Below are positions 35,410 through 45,676 of a DNA stretch of 64,000 nt, in pieces. Position 1 is the stretch's first letter; each line of letters begins with the position of its first letter. The notes beneath the pieces are model-generated. The model had not been told where the DNA came from and did no database searches. It saw only the letters and a list, made by a program, of their open reading frames with translations. The position numbers and the translations under genes were made by a program. Origin of the DNA: Bacteroidota bacterium. Its GTDB lineage: Bacteria; Bacteroidota; Bacteroidia; Cytophagales; Cyclobacteriaceae. The DNA is taken from NCBI GenBank assembly GCA_042584165.1, contig JBHOSY010000002.1, forward strand, positions 180 through 64,179. The letters run 5' to 3'.

Positions 35410-35715
35410 TTATGCAGAAAAATTATCAATAACAACTCGCTTTTCAGTCACCTTCGAAATATATCCTGCGATCTTAATATGATCCGGGTGTTTTCTGTAT
35501 TGATCGAGAATTTCTTTTGATTGATGTGTCGAAATCAGGATCACATCATATGCAGCAGCATTGTCTGTGAAATTCAAACCCACTTCCAATGTTTCTATAG
35601 AATCAATTATTGGAGGTAATTTTTCCAGCTCCGATTTCACATATTTAATATTTTCTGCTTTGTTCTTTCCTTCTGCTTCGGATTTAAAAATCCACATTAC
35701 AACATGCCTGACCAT
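35410..35715 (-). CDS. Dabb-family stress-responsive A/B-barrel protein
   Basis: 101 aa. MVRHVVMWIFK N-terminus and HPDHIKI block are typical of Dabb domains. Confidence 0.75.
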   Translation of the reverse strand: MVRHVVMWIFKSEAEGKNKAENIKYVKSELEKLPPIIDSIETLEVGLNFTDNAAAYDVILISTHQSKEILDQYRKHPDHIKIAGYISKVTEKRVVIDNFSA

Positions 35716-35816
35716 AGTTCAAAACAGTGTAAAATGTCCACGATTGGTTTTAAAATAAATATATTTATCTTAATTTTCACAAACCTATTGTTACAATATG
35801 TTAGTAATCCAGGTTT

Positions 35817-36386
35817 TTGTTTATAATAACAGCTAAAAGTATCTTACTATCAGCAATTATGAAATTAACATACTTATTACTCCCGATATTGTTATTTAGT
35901 TATGTGTGTATGTCGCAGGAAGTCGTACCCAAAAAGAATTTCAGCGAAATCGAAATAGGAATAACCTATGAAGATGTTGTATGGATTCTTGGATTCGAGG
36001 GAACGAAAGTACTAAAAGCGAATGCCCCGGAAATTCTTAACGCACATATTTCAGAGCTGAATATTGATTACGATTTCGCCGTGAATTACCGGTATATAAT
36101 GGATTTTCCTATTACAAGTGTTTACTTCAGGGAAGATCTTATCGTATTTTTTACAATAAGTAGTTATCCGGAATACAATCAGTTCATATGTCAGGATGTC
36201 TTAACGAATGAAGGACTTAAATTCTGGGAGCCATTGAGTAAGATGAACGAACTGTATGGCAATTACTCAAAATTGAATGCGAAATCAGGCAATATTACAT
36301 ACTATGCTTATCCGGATAAAGGGATTTGTTTTGGCATCGACAACGATGAAGTAAGAACAATCAGTGTCTTTGATCAGGACTTTTAA
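35817..36386 (+). CDS. Hypothetical secreted protein (paralog of 34506..35045); true start probably the ATG at 35859
   Basis: The signal-like MKLTYLLLPILLFSYVCMSQ begins at internal Met 15. The conserved C-terminal block is shared with the 34506 ORF. Confidence 0.55.
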   Translation: MFIITAKSILLSAIMKLTYLLLPILLFSYVCMSQEVVPKKNFSEIEIGITYEDVVWILGFEGTKVLKANAPEILNAHISELNIDYDFAVNYRYIMDFPITSVYFREDLIVFFTISSYPEYNQFICQDVLTNEGLKFWEPLSKMNELYGNYSKLNAKSGNITYYAYPDKGICFGIDNDEVRTISVFDQDF

Positions 36387-36430
36387 TTAAACAGTACTTA
36401 ATAGAATCATAAGAAAATAAATTAAATACC

Positions 36431-37333
36431 ATGAAATCATACTCTTTAAGAAACGTGGCCCAGATGTTGTTAACCCTCCTTATCACAGGAGGCCTCATAT
36501 CATGCGGAGGAGGTAAGAAAGAGGAAACGACTGAATCATCTGAATTTGACGAAGCTGCGACTGAAGTGCAACAGAAAGTTGAAAAAGTTATTTATGAGAT
36601 CCCTTCTCCCTCTGATATTCCATTTATCATAGAGTCAACAGGGGCAGAGTATAATGATGACCTCGTAAATGATATAAGTAAAGTGGATAAGTATTTGACT
36701 TCGAACAAAATAGCAGCACTTAACCTCGGAATATATGCCACGGATATAGGCTATTTCGTCACCTATGACCAGGTACAGGAAGCACTGAATTATATGGACG
36801 GATGTCAGAGAATCGCAGAACAACTGGGTATTCAGAATGTGGCAGATGCTACAGTAATACAAAGATTTGAGGACAATCTTCAATCACGTGATTCCCTGGG
36901 AGGAATTATCAACCAAATCATTGCTAACAGCGATACTTATCTTAGGGAAAGTGAGAGAAATAATATTGCAGCATTGGTTCTTGCCGGGACTTTTATTGAA
37001 GGCCTCTATATATCTACACAACTGGTTGCGACATATCCAAAAGACTTACTTCCCGATGACTCCCGCATTCTGATTCTCACGCCCGTCATCCACTTAATCC
37101 TTGATCAGGAAGAGGCATTGGGAGACATGATTGATCTTTTAAAGAATATAAATATCAAAGGTGATTGGATTGAAGGATTGATAAATAGTCTTGTGGAGCT
37201 ACAGGGGAATTATCAGGAATTGGATATTAAAGAACAATTAAGTCAAAATCGTCCAGATCTTGTCTTGACCGATGTAACACTGGAAAGGATAACCAAACAG
37301 ATAGACAGAATCAGGACAACAATGACATATTAG
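36431..37333 (+). CDS. Hypothetical lipoprotein
   Basis: 300 aa with lipobox LISCGGG. Helical composition. No family recognised. Confidence 0.5.
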   Translation: MKSYSLRNVAQMLLTLLITGGLISCGGGKKEETTESSEFDEAATEVQQKVEKVIYEIPSPSDIPFIIESTGAEYNDDLVNDISKVDKYLTSNKIAALNLGIYATDIGYFVTYDQVQEALNYMDGCQRIAEQLGIQNVADATVIQRFEDNLQSRDSLGGIINQIIANSDTYLRESERNNIAALVLAGTFIEGLYISTQLVATYPKDLLPDDSRILILTPVIHLILDQEEALGDMIDLLKNINIKGDWIEGLINSLVELQGNYQELDIKEQLSQNRPDLVLTDVTLERITKQIDRIRTTMTY

Positions 37334-37360
37334 CAAAAATTTGTTTGTTAATATAGATAA

Positions 37361-37395
37361 AAGTATTGGAAGCCTGCTTTCAATACTTTTTTTTT
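37361..37395 (+). terminator. Rho-independent terminator
   Basis: AAGTATTG-(12-nt loop)-CAATACTT followed by a T7 run, 28 nt after the lipoprotein gene stop. Confidence 0.7.
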
Positions 37396-37431
37396 AAGGT
37401 TATATTGTGACGCTGAAAATAAAGAGCAACT

Positions 37432-40400
37432 ATGAGTGAACAACTACTGAAAGCTGTCATCCGGTTATTTGCACTTCTAGCCAAGGTAGATGGCATAACA
37501 GAATATGAAAAAACCACAATAAAAGAGTTCCTGCTTCACAAACTGAATGAGGATCAGGCGCTTAAATATTTTGAGTTCTTTGAGGAGCTCTTGGCTTTGC
37601 CTGAACCAGAAGAATCGGATAAATATTCCGAAATATTGAAAACCAGCAGACAGATCAATATTGAATTTACCCAGCAACAAAAAATCATCCTTGTTCTCGA
37701 CCTGGTCTCTCTTATGATTGCAGATGGAATGATCTCAGAAGGGGAAAAAGAGATTGTCGGAAAGATCGGGGAAGCCATCCGGATGGAACAGGAGATCATT
37801 GATACCCTTACTGCCTTTGCAATGGCCAATGACATTCAGGAATATAATGCTAATCATTTTTTAATTGTTGCAGATAATGAAGACACAATTCCTGATCAAG
37901 CAAAAAGAATATCCGAGCCCGGTCTTGATGGATTCATTGCCATACTGGAATTGAAAAAAGCCAATAGTCTTTTTATGAAATACCTTGGTAAATCTCCGCT
38001 TTACCTGAACGGTGTTCCCATAAAGAGTGGTTTGATCAACATGTTTTCTACGGGAAGCACCATTCGTGGAGAGAACATCAAACCTGTATATTATAGTGAT
38101 GTCGTAAGTGGCTTTAAAGAATATGAAGCCGATACCAAGATATCTTTTGTAGCCGAAAACATTGGATTCCGTTTTATTGGAGGAAATATTGGCCTTCGAA
38201 ATGTTAGTATTCAGGAGGAGAGTGGGAAATTAATAGGCCTGATGGGTTCAAGTGGAGCTGGGAAATCCACTCTACTGAATGTACTGAATGGCAATGAGAA
38301 GCCTACAGAAGGCACAGTTTTGATTAATGGGATCGACATTCATAAAGAAAGACATAAAGTAGAAGGAGTGATTGGCTATGTGCCGCAGGATGATCTTCTT
38401 ATGGAAGACCTAACAGTTTTTCAGAATCTTTATTATGCCGGTAAGCTTTGTTTCTCAAATCTATCGAAAGAAGAAATTGAAAAACTCGTTGATAAAACAC
38501 TGTCCAATCTGGGTTTACTTGAAATCAAAAATTTGAAAGTTGGATCACCCTTGAATAAAAAAATCTCAGGCGGACAACGTAAACGATTAAATATCGGACT
38601 TGAATTATTGAGAGAACCTGCCGTGATGTTTGTTGATGAACCTACTTCCGGTCTCTCATCCAGGGATTCAGAAAATATCATGGATCTTTTAAAAGAACTC
38701 ACACTGAAAGGGAAATTGATATTTTGTGTGATACACCAGCCTTCTTCTGATATATTTAAAATGTTCGACAGGCTCGTAATCCTGGATGTGGGAGGATACC
38801 AGATCTATTACGGAAATCCTATTGAATCTGTTGTTTATTTTAAAGAAGCTTTTAAACTGATTGGCAGTGATCAGGGATCATGCGTACGTTGTGGTAATGT
38901 AAACCCGGAACAGGTATTTAATATAATTGAAACAAAAGTAGTTAACGAATACGGTCGACTGACGACTGAAAGAAAGGTAACTCCTAAGCAATGGAATCAT
39001 ATATATGAAAAGAGGTTATCAGTACCTCAAATTGAAGAACACCATGAGGAGTTAAAGATGACCTTACATATTCCAAATCGTGTCAAACAGGGAAAAGTGT
39101 TTATTACTCGGGATGTGTTATCAAAGATCAGTAACAGGCAATATATGATTATCAATCTGTTGGAAGCTCCCCTGCTTGCATTCCTGCTTGCAGCAATTGT
39201 CAGGTATTTCCCAGCGATTGGTGACGATGGTGGGAGTTATTTTTTTGGTACAAACGTCAATATTCCCGCATATATCTTTATGAGTGTAATTGTGGCTCTG
39301 TTTATGGGCCTCACTGTTAGTGCTGAAGAAATAATTAAAGATCTCAAGATTCTAAAACGTGAATCGTTTTTAAATCTGAGTAGAAGCAGTTATATATTTT
39401 CAAAACTTGCAATTCTTTTCACACTTTCAGCTATTCAAACCCTTACCTATACGATGGTCGGGAATTATATTCTTGAAATCCATAACATGTTTATCCCCAT
39501 GTGGCTTATCCTGTTTACCAGTTCATGTTTTGCCAATGTACTTGGCCTGAATATTTCATCATCCTTTGATACGGTTGTGACCATATACATATTAATACCC
39601 ATTCTTTTAATTCCACAGATCCTATTGAGTGGTGTCGTTGTAAAATTTGACGAACTGAATCCAAGAATCACCAGTAATGATAAGGTGCCTATAATTGGAG
39701 ATGTGATGACATCCAGATGGGCATTTGAAGCGGCCATGGTGACTCAATTCACGAAGAATCAATATGAAAGTATGTTTTATGAACTTGACAAACAAATGGG
39801 TAATGCCGAGTATAAAAACATATATTATCTGCCAACATTAAGTTCAAAACTGGATTTTGTTCACAAAACATACCAAAGCCAAGATCCTGAGGAAATCCAG
39901 GAAGCAAAATACAATCTGGATTTACTCACCAATGAGATTGGGAAAGAACTTGATAATTTCGGAGCTGAGAATTTCCCTGAGCTTAAAGATCTTGAATTTG
40001 GTAGATTCAGTAACGATACCTATGAAAAAACCAAAGATTTTATAGCCGTCTTAAAAAGAGTATATATCAACAGATATAACAAAGCCAATAAAGAAAAAGA
40101 AGACCTTTTAAAAAGTGTTGCAGACTCACCGGGCAAACGAGAACATCTTGATATTCTTAAAAAACTGTACCAGAATGAACGGATCGTAGATATGGTCAAA
40201 AAAAGTACTGAAGCGATCCGGATCTCTGAAATTAATGGACAACTGATTCAGAAGATCTATCCAATATATATGGATCCTGAAAATCCAGAACATGCTTTTG
40301 ATTACAGAGCTCCATTCTATGTACCGGTTAAACATTTTCTTGGGGGCAGATTCGATACATTGCGGTTCAACGTGACTGTTATATGGGTAATATCGATCGT

Positions 40401-40485
40401 CCTGATTATCACATTGTATTATGATGTACTGAGAAAAACCATAGAGTATTCATCTAATATCTCCTTCAGAAAAGAAAAAGAATAA
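37432..40485 (+). CDS. ABCG-type (ABC-2) transporter, fused ATPase-permease with N-terminal TerB-like domains
   Basis: 1017 aa. N-terminal LFALLAKVDGITEYEK and LMIADGMISEGEKE repeats are TerB-like. Walker A GSSGAGKST, signature ISGGQRKRLNIG and Walker B VMFVDEPTSGL. C-terminal multi-TM ABC-2 region. Confidence 0.85.
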   Translation: MSEQLLKAVIRLFALLAKVDGITEYEKTTIKEFLLHKLNEDQALKYFEFFEELLALPEPEESDKYSEILKTSRQINIEFTQQQKIILVLDLVSLMIADGMISEGEKEIVGKIGEAIRMEQEIIDTLTAFAMANDIQEYNANHFLIVADNEDTIPDQAKRISEPGLDGFIAILELKKANSLFMKYLGKSPLYLNGVPIKSGLINMFSTGSTIRGENIKPVYYSDVVSGFKEYEADTKISFVAENIGFRFIGGNIGLRNVSIQEESGKLIGLMGSSGAGKSTLLNVLNGNEKPTEGTVLINGIDIHKERHKVEGVIGYVPQDDLLMEDLTVFQNLYYAGKLCFSNLSKEEIEKLVDKTLSNLGLLEIKNLKVGSPLNKKISGGQRKRLNIGLELLREPAVMFVDEPTSGLSSRDSENIMDLLKELTLKGKLIFCVIHQPSSDIFKMFDRLVILDVGGYQIYYGNPIESVVYFKEAFKLIGSDQGSCVRCGNVNPEQVFNIIETKVVNEYGRLTTERKVTPKQWNHIYEKRLSVPQIEEHHEELKMTLHIPNRVKQGKVFITRDVLSKISNRQYMIINLLEAPLLAFLLAAIVRYFPAIGDDGGSYFFGTNVNIPAYIFMSVIVALFMGLTVSAEEIIKDLKILKRESFLNLSRSSYIFSKLAILFTLSAIQTLTYTMVGNYILEIHNMFIPMWLILFTSSCFANVLGLNISSSFDTVVTIYILIPILLIPQILLSGVVVKFDELNPRITSNDKVPIIGDVMTSRWAFEAAMVTQFTKNQYESMFYELDKQMGNAEYKNIYYLPTLSSKLDFVHKTYQSQDPEEIQEAKYNLDLLTNEIGKELDNFGAENFPELKDLEFGRFSNDTYEKTKDFIAVLKRVYINRYNKANKEKEDLLKSVADSPGKREHLDILKKLYQNERIVDMVKKSTEAIRISEINGQLIQKIYPIYMDPENPEHAFDYRAPFYVPVKHFLGGRFDTLRFNVTVIWVISIVLIITLYYDVLRKTIEYSSNISFRKEKE

Positions 40486-40557
40486 TATTTAACTCATTTA
40501 TCAAACAACCCAGTTGGTTGATTTTACCATATTTCAAATAAAATCCGGTTAATATAG

Positions 40558-41325
40558 ATGTTCTTTTACCTTTCAAAACTAAGCACCTTTATTCTAATGC
40601 CATACAGCCAGATGGTTGCCTGGTTCCTGCTGGCATTGTTCTTAAGGAATAAAGTATGGAAGCGCAGATTCCTTTATCTTGGGATAATATACCTTGTTTT
40701 TTTTTCAAACAGATTCATAGCAAACGAGGTGTTACTATACTGGGAAATCCCTCCTACACCTATTGCTTCTATTGAGCATGAATATACAGCCGGTATCGTA
40801 TTAGGCGGTGTAACCAATTCAGATAAAGAACCGCGGGATCGAACTTACTTTTACAAAGGGGCCGACAGAATTACCCATGCTGTTCAATTATACAAAAGAG
40901 GTATAATTAAAAAGATCCTGGTTTCAGGTGGTTCCAGCAAACTTATCAATAGAGATATCAAAGAAGCTCATAATCTTCAGGCTTTTCTGCTAATGTGTGA
41001 CATTCCCGAAAAAGATATAATTGTTGAGGATGAAGCCAGAAATACTCATGAAAATGCAAACCGGTCTGCAGAAATACTGAAAAGAGATTTCCCGGGTGAG
41101 AAACACCTGGTAATAACCTCTGCATTTCATCTTCGAAGAGCCATGAGTTGTTTCAGGAAAACCGGTCTTAATGTAGAAGGGTTCAGTACCGATTTTTATG
41201 CGAAAGAAAGACGGTATACACTTGATAAATTCATAATACCAGATTTATCTGCATTTGCTGACTGGCAAATGATCATCCGGGAATGGCTTGGTTTTTTCTT
41301 TTATAAAATTGCTGGTTATATCTGA
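40558..41325 (+). CDS. YdcF/ElyC-family (DUF218) protein
   Basis: 255 aa with N-terminal TM helices. ILVSGGSS and VITSAFHLRRA blocks are typical of DUF218. Confidence 0.7.
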   Translation: MFFYLSKLSTFILMPYSQMVAWFLLALFLRNKVWKRRFLYLGIIYLVFFSNRFIANEVLLYWEIPPTPIASIEHEYTAGIVLGGVTNSDKEPRDRTYFYKGADRITHAVQLYKRGIIKKILVSGGSSKLINRDIKEAHNLQAFLLMCDIPEKDIIVEDEARNTHENANRSAEILKRDFPGEKHLVITSAFHLRRAMSCFRKTGLNVEGFSTDFYAKERRYTLDKFIIPDLSAFADWQMIIREWLGFFFYKIAGYI

Positions 41326-42738
41326 TCAACCGTTTACCCAGACAGATTTAGTATTCATGAATTCCCTGATCCCCAGGTGGGATAGTTCCCGTCCATAACC
41401 CGACATTTTTACACCTCCAAACGGCACTTTGGGATGTGAAGCTACCATTGAATTGATAAATACTGATCCGGATTCAACCATACGGGCCAATTTTTCTCCT
41501 TTGTTAATATCTCTGGTCCAGATGGCAGCCCCTAATCCGTATCTGGATTTATTTGCCAGTTTAATGGCTTCCATTTCATCCAAAGCCGTAATTATCGGAA
41601 TTACTGGGCCGAACAGCTCTTCATCGAATGCGGGCATACCAGGTTGTACATTTTTCAATATGGTAGGTTGATAAAAATTGCCTTCTCCAAGGATCCTTTT
41701 CCCGCCAGTTACCAGCTCAGCTCCCAGGTTGATAGATTCGACAACCTGTCTTTCCAGGTCACTAACCAGATCAGGTCGGGCCAACGGCGCCAGGTTGGTA
41801 TCAGGATTAACCGGATCACCTGCCGATAGTTTTAAGATCTCGTTTTTATAAAGCTCAATAAATGTATTTTCGATATCTTTTTCAATTATAAATCTCTTAG
41901 CAGCAATGCAACTTTGCCCGCAATTAATCATCCTGGACAACACCGCAATTTTCACAGCCTCCTCAATATCTGCATCTTTCAAGACAATAAACGGATCACT
42001 TCCCCCAAGTTCAAGCACAAGCTTTTTAATGTTCCTGCCTGCTCTTTCGGCTACTTCCTGACCTGCCAGTTCACTCCCTGTGAGGGTAACAGCAACAATT
42101 CTTTCATCATCAATCACCTTATTCACTTTTCCAGATCCAATCAGTAATGTCCTGAAAACATTCTGCGGAAATCCAGCTTTTCTAATAGTATCCTCGATAG
42201 CCAGTGCACATTGAGGGACATTACTTGCATGTTTCAATAAACCGACATTTCCAGCCATTAATGCAGGAGCTAAAAATCTAAAAACCTGCCAGAAAGGAAA
42301 ATTCCATGGCATCACAGCAAGAATAACTCCCAGAGGATCATATGCTATATATGACCTGGCCTCATTAACCGGGAGTGTTTCATTCTTAAGAAATGAAAAG
42401 GCATTCTCAGCATAATAATCACATACCCATGCACATTTATTAATTTCAGCCTCTGATTCCCCAATCAATTTCCCCATCTCCTCCGTAATCATTAATGCCA
42501 ATTTATGGCAATCCTTCTTAAGAATCTCACTGCAATTACGCATCAGTGACGCTCTTTCATCAAAAGAAACCGATTTCCATTCATGAAATTGATGAGCTAC
42601 TGCGCCAACAACTGCCTCAATCTCCGTATCTGAGTACTCTTTGAATTCTTTAATAAGTTGGTTGTTGAAAGGATTAACTGATGTTATCGGCATGAGCTGA
42701 GTTTTTATCATTTTCACTGGCAGCCATTCCCCCTGCAA
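41326..42738 (-). CDS. NAD(P)-dependent aldehyde dehydrogenase (succinate-semialdehyde dehydrogenase-like); likely start at 42693 (MPITSVNPF)
   Basis: LELGGSDPFIV, catalytic Cys block GQSCIAAKR and PFGGVKMSGYGRE. With the 42693 start the overlap with the upstream gene is 20 nt. Confidence 0.85.
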   Translation of the reverse strand: MQGEWLPVKMIKTQLMPITSVNPFNNQLIKEFKEYSDTEIEAVVGAVAHQFHEWKSVSFDERASLMRNCSEILKKDCHKLALMITEEMGKLIGESEAEINKCAWVCDYYAENAFSFLKNETLPVNEARSYIAYDPLGVILAVMPWNFPFWQVFRFLAPALMAGNVGLLKHASNVPQCALAIEDTIRKAGFPQNVFRTLLIGSGKVNKVIDDERIVAVTLTGSELAGQEVAERAGRNIKKLVLELGGSDPFIVLKDADIEEAVKIAVLSRMINCGQSCIAAKRFIIEKDIENTFIELYKNEILKLSAGDPVNPDTNLAPLARPDLVSDLERQVVESINLGAELVTGGKRILGEGNFYQPTILKNVQPGMPAFDEELFGPVIPIITALDEMEAIKLANKSRYGLGAAIWTRDINKGEKLARMVESGSVFINSMVASHPKVPFGGVKMSGYGRELSHLGIREFMNTKSVWVNG

Positions 42739-43453
42739 TTAATGCCAGAATAGGTGCGATCACAACCCCAATTACCGGGATGAGAAGCAGGAGGTTAAAA
42801 TACAGGCCATTCCCGATGGCCAATCCGGTATTATTCAGGGCATAGTTCCGACTCTCCTTAATCCGCATTCCAATGCATGCATTTCGGTAGTCAATCATGG
42901 CCAATCCGAAGAAATAACTTTCTACTACCAGAACGAATAATGGACCTAATGGAGCAAGCCAGGTTATGACCAGCGAAAGGAAAAGTAAAAAGGTTGTAAG
43001 GGGTACTTCTATGATCAGGTTTTGAAAAGCGATTACAATCCCCCTGGCAATCTTTTTCCAGAAAACTTTTGCCTCAAAAGAAAAATCAGTACCCTCACGC
43101 AAGCAGTAAATCCGTTGGCTGATATATGCAAGGATTGGCGCAAGAATAAACAGTACAAAATACCGGTAAATTTTTAAATACAGAAAAAGGGCGAGTCCCC
43201 GGATGAGCAATACGAGAAAAAATTCAATGATGACTCCCCAGGAATCAGCGAGGTTCCGAACTTCGAACACACGTATCAGGTACTCAACAATATCGTCAGA
43301 TGAGATCCAGGCCAGATATCCTATGACCAGGGATATCAGAAGAGTGATCAATGAGGGGAGAAGAAACAATTTCCAAAGCTTGTTCTCATTAATATATTTG
43401 AACGCCTTGTGATAAGATCTAAAGGCTAGAAAAAATTGATTATAAAAATTCAA
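42674..43453 (-). CDS. EI24/CysZ-like integral membrane protein
   Basis: 259 aa, multi-TM. N-terminus FRSYHKAFKYINENKLWKLFLLPSLITL resembles Bacteroidota EI24-domain proteins. Confidence 0.55.
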   Translation of the reverse strand: MNFYNQFFLAFRSYHKAFKYINENKLWKLFLLPSLITLLISLVIGYLAWISSDDIVEYLIRVFEVRNLADSWGVIIEFFLVLLIRGLALFLYLKIYRYFVLFILAPILAYISQRIYCLREGTDFSFEAKVFWKKIARGIVIAFQNLIIEVPLTTFLLFLSLVITWLAPLGPLFVLVVESYFFGLAMIDYRNACIGMRIKESRNYALNNTGLAIGNGLYFNLLLLIPVIGVVIAPILALIAGGMAASENDKNSAHADNIS

Positions 43454-43691
43454 TGCCTTGAAAAGTTATTTTCTTAAATTAATTAAAATTTTAATGAATT
43501 TTCAAACAGTCTCAGTTTTGTTGGAAAACTAAAGTGCTCTTAGCGAACTTTTCTTTTAAAAAATGCATTATAAAGATGACTGGTGTCATGCTTTTTTGAT
43601 CAAATATGGCCGATTTTTGTAGTAGGAGTTTTTGTTTTTCCATCAGGATACATTTTTGAAATACAACTGCTGATTATTAATTTCAATCAAT

Positions 43692-44693
43692 ATGAATTTA
43701 CTGGAATCACTCAAAGAAAGGGCAAAAGAGCTGAATAAAAGAATTGTTTTGCCTGAAAGCCTGGAGGAAAGAACTCTTAAGGCTGCTGATCAACTTATTA
43801 AGGAAAAAATTGCACATATCATCTTGATTGGCAAAGAAGAGGAAATACTCGAAAAAGCCAGGAACCTCGAACTCGATAATATTCAATCAACAACAATCGT
43901 GGATCCCTCAAATCACTTGAAAAAAGAGAAATATATTAATTTGATGGTAGAATTGAGGAAACAGAAAGGATTGACTATTGAAGAAGCTGCCGAACTCATT
44001 GAAAATCCATTATACCTGTCTACACTGATGATTAAAAATGGAGATGCTGATGGTGAAGTGGCTGGAGCTATGAATGCAACAGGGGATGTCCTTCGTCCTG
44101 CATTCCAGTTTGTCAAAACCTTACCTGGCATTTCAGTAGTTTCCGGTGCATTCATAATGATATTACCTGAACCAATGTTTGGAGATGATGGGATCCTGGT
44201 TTTTGCCGATTGTGCAGTTCACCCTGACCCTGATGATAAACAACTGGCTGAAATAGCTGTATCAACTGCTAAGACTGCCCGTGCCATTGCCAATATGGAT
44301 CCCAGAGTCGCCATGTTGAGTTTCAGTACCAAAGGAAGTGCACAGCATGAACTAGTTGACAAAGTAGTAAGTGCAACCAAGATAGCCAGAGAGATCGATC
44401 CTGGAATTGATATCGATGGAGAATTACAGGTTGATGCAGCACTTGTCAAATCAATTGGACAGAAGAAGGCGCCGGGAAGTGATATCGCCGGTAATGCTAA
44501 TGTATTGGTGTTCCCGGATCTTAATTCAGGAAACATCGCCTACAAACTTGTTCAGCGATTGGCACATGCCGAAGCTATCGGACCGATACTGCAGGGTATG
44601 GCTGCTCCTATCAATGATCTCTCGCGAGGCTGTTCAGTAAGTGATATTGTAAATCTTGTAGCAATAACTGCCAATCAGGCGGCAATAAAATAA
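43692..44693 (+). CDS. pta: Phosphate acetyltransferase
   Basis: 333 aa. GADGEVAGA, FADCAVHPDP, NVLVFPDLNSGNIAYK and LSRGCSVSDIVN blocks. Confidence 0.9.
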   Translation: MNLLESLKERAKELNKRIVLPESLEERTLKAADQLIKEKIAHIILIGKEEEILEKARNLELDNIQSTTIVDPSNHLKKEKYINLMVELRKQKGLTIEEAAELIENPLYLSTLMIKNGDADGEVAGAMNATGDVLRPAFQFVKTLPGISVVSGAFIMILPEPMFGDDGILVFADCAVHPDPDDKQLAEIAVSTAKTARAIANMDPRVAMLSFSTKGSAQHELVDKVVSATKIAREIDPGIDIDGELQVDAALVKSIGQKKAPGSDIAGNANVLVFPDLNSGNIAYKLVQRLAHAEAIGPILQGMAAPINDLSRGCSVSDIVNLVAITANQAAIK

Positions 44694-44700
44694 TTACTAT

Positions 44701-45663
44701 ATGACAGAAGTAGTAGAACCAATTGAATCATATGCTCTAAAAACAAGAGTTGAAGAGAAGAAGTATGATACATTTTCAAAGGTCGGAATAGTAGGCTGTG
44801 GGATTTTAGGACAGGAAATAGCTAAGATGGCAGCCAGTCACGGCATGGATGTGGTTTTTTTGGAGATATCTGAAGAAAAAATTCAAGCGGCTTATGACGG
44901 AATGAAGCAAGACCTTGACAGAATGATCGAAAGATGGGGAATGACGGCCAGTGATAAGCGGGCTATCATGTCGAGGATTAAAGGGAAACTGGATTATAAG
45001 TATCTTAAAGGATGCGATGTGGTTATCGAATCCATTAAATCACGTACCCGGGAGGATAGTGTAGATCTCAGAAAGCTGATTTTCAAAAATCTTGAGAAAG
45101 TAGTCAGCCGTGATACCATCATATGTACAAATTCAACTACCCTGGTAATTACTGAACTTTCATCCGAATTGACTTATCCGGATCGATGCGTCAGTTTACA
45201 TTTCATTTCACCTGCCGGTGAAACACCCATTGTGGAAGTAGCAAGAAGTCTTCATACTTCAGATGAAGCATATGAGAAAGTATGCAAATTCGCTTCATTC
45301 CTTGATAAAAGAATTGTACCGGTCATAGAATCACCAGGGATTATCAGCACGCGTCTTATAGCCCCGTTGATCAATGAAGCATGTGAAATTTTAATGGAGG
45401 GCGTGGCTTCGATGGAGGATATTGATGCAACCATGAAATTGGGCTTTGGATTTCCGCTTGGACCTTTTGAAATGGCGGATAAAATTGGTCTTGATATGGT
45501 TATCAGGTGGCTTGACAACTTATACAATGAGTTTGGCGAGATTAAATACAAAGCCTCCCCTATGCTGAAAAAACGGAAAAGAGCCGGACATCTTGGCCAG
45601 GAAGCAGGCCGAGGATTTTATCAGTATGATGAAAATGGTAAAAAAATTATAATTAAGAATTAA
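44701..45663 (+). CDS. 3-hydroxyacyl-CoA (3-hydroxybutyryl-CoA) dehydrogenase-family protein
   Basis: 320 aa. Rossmann VGIVGCGILGQEIA. C-terminal GFGFPLGPFEMADKIGLD block. Confidence 0.8.
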   Translation: MTEVVEPIESYALKTRVEEKKYDTFSKVGIVGCGILGQEIAKMAASHGMDVVFLEISEEKIQAAYDGMKQDLDRMIERWGMTASDKRAIMSRIKGKLDYKYLKGCDVVIESIKSRTREDSVDLRKLIFKNLEKVVSRDTIICTNSTTLVITELSSELTYPDRCVSLHFISPAGETPIVEVARSLHTSDEAYEKVCKFASFLDKRIVPVIESPGIISTRLIAPLINEACEILMEGVASMEDIDATMKLGFGFPLGPFEMADKIGLDMVIRWLDNLYNEFGEIKYKASPMLKKRKRAGHLGQEAGRGFYQYDENGKKIIIKN

Positions 45664-45676
45664 TTAACATCTGAAA

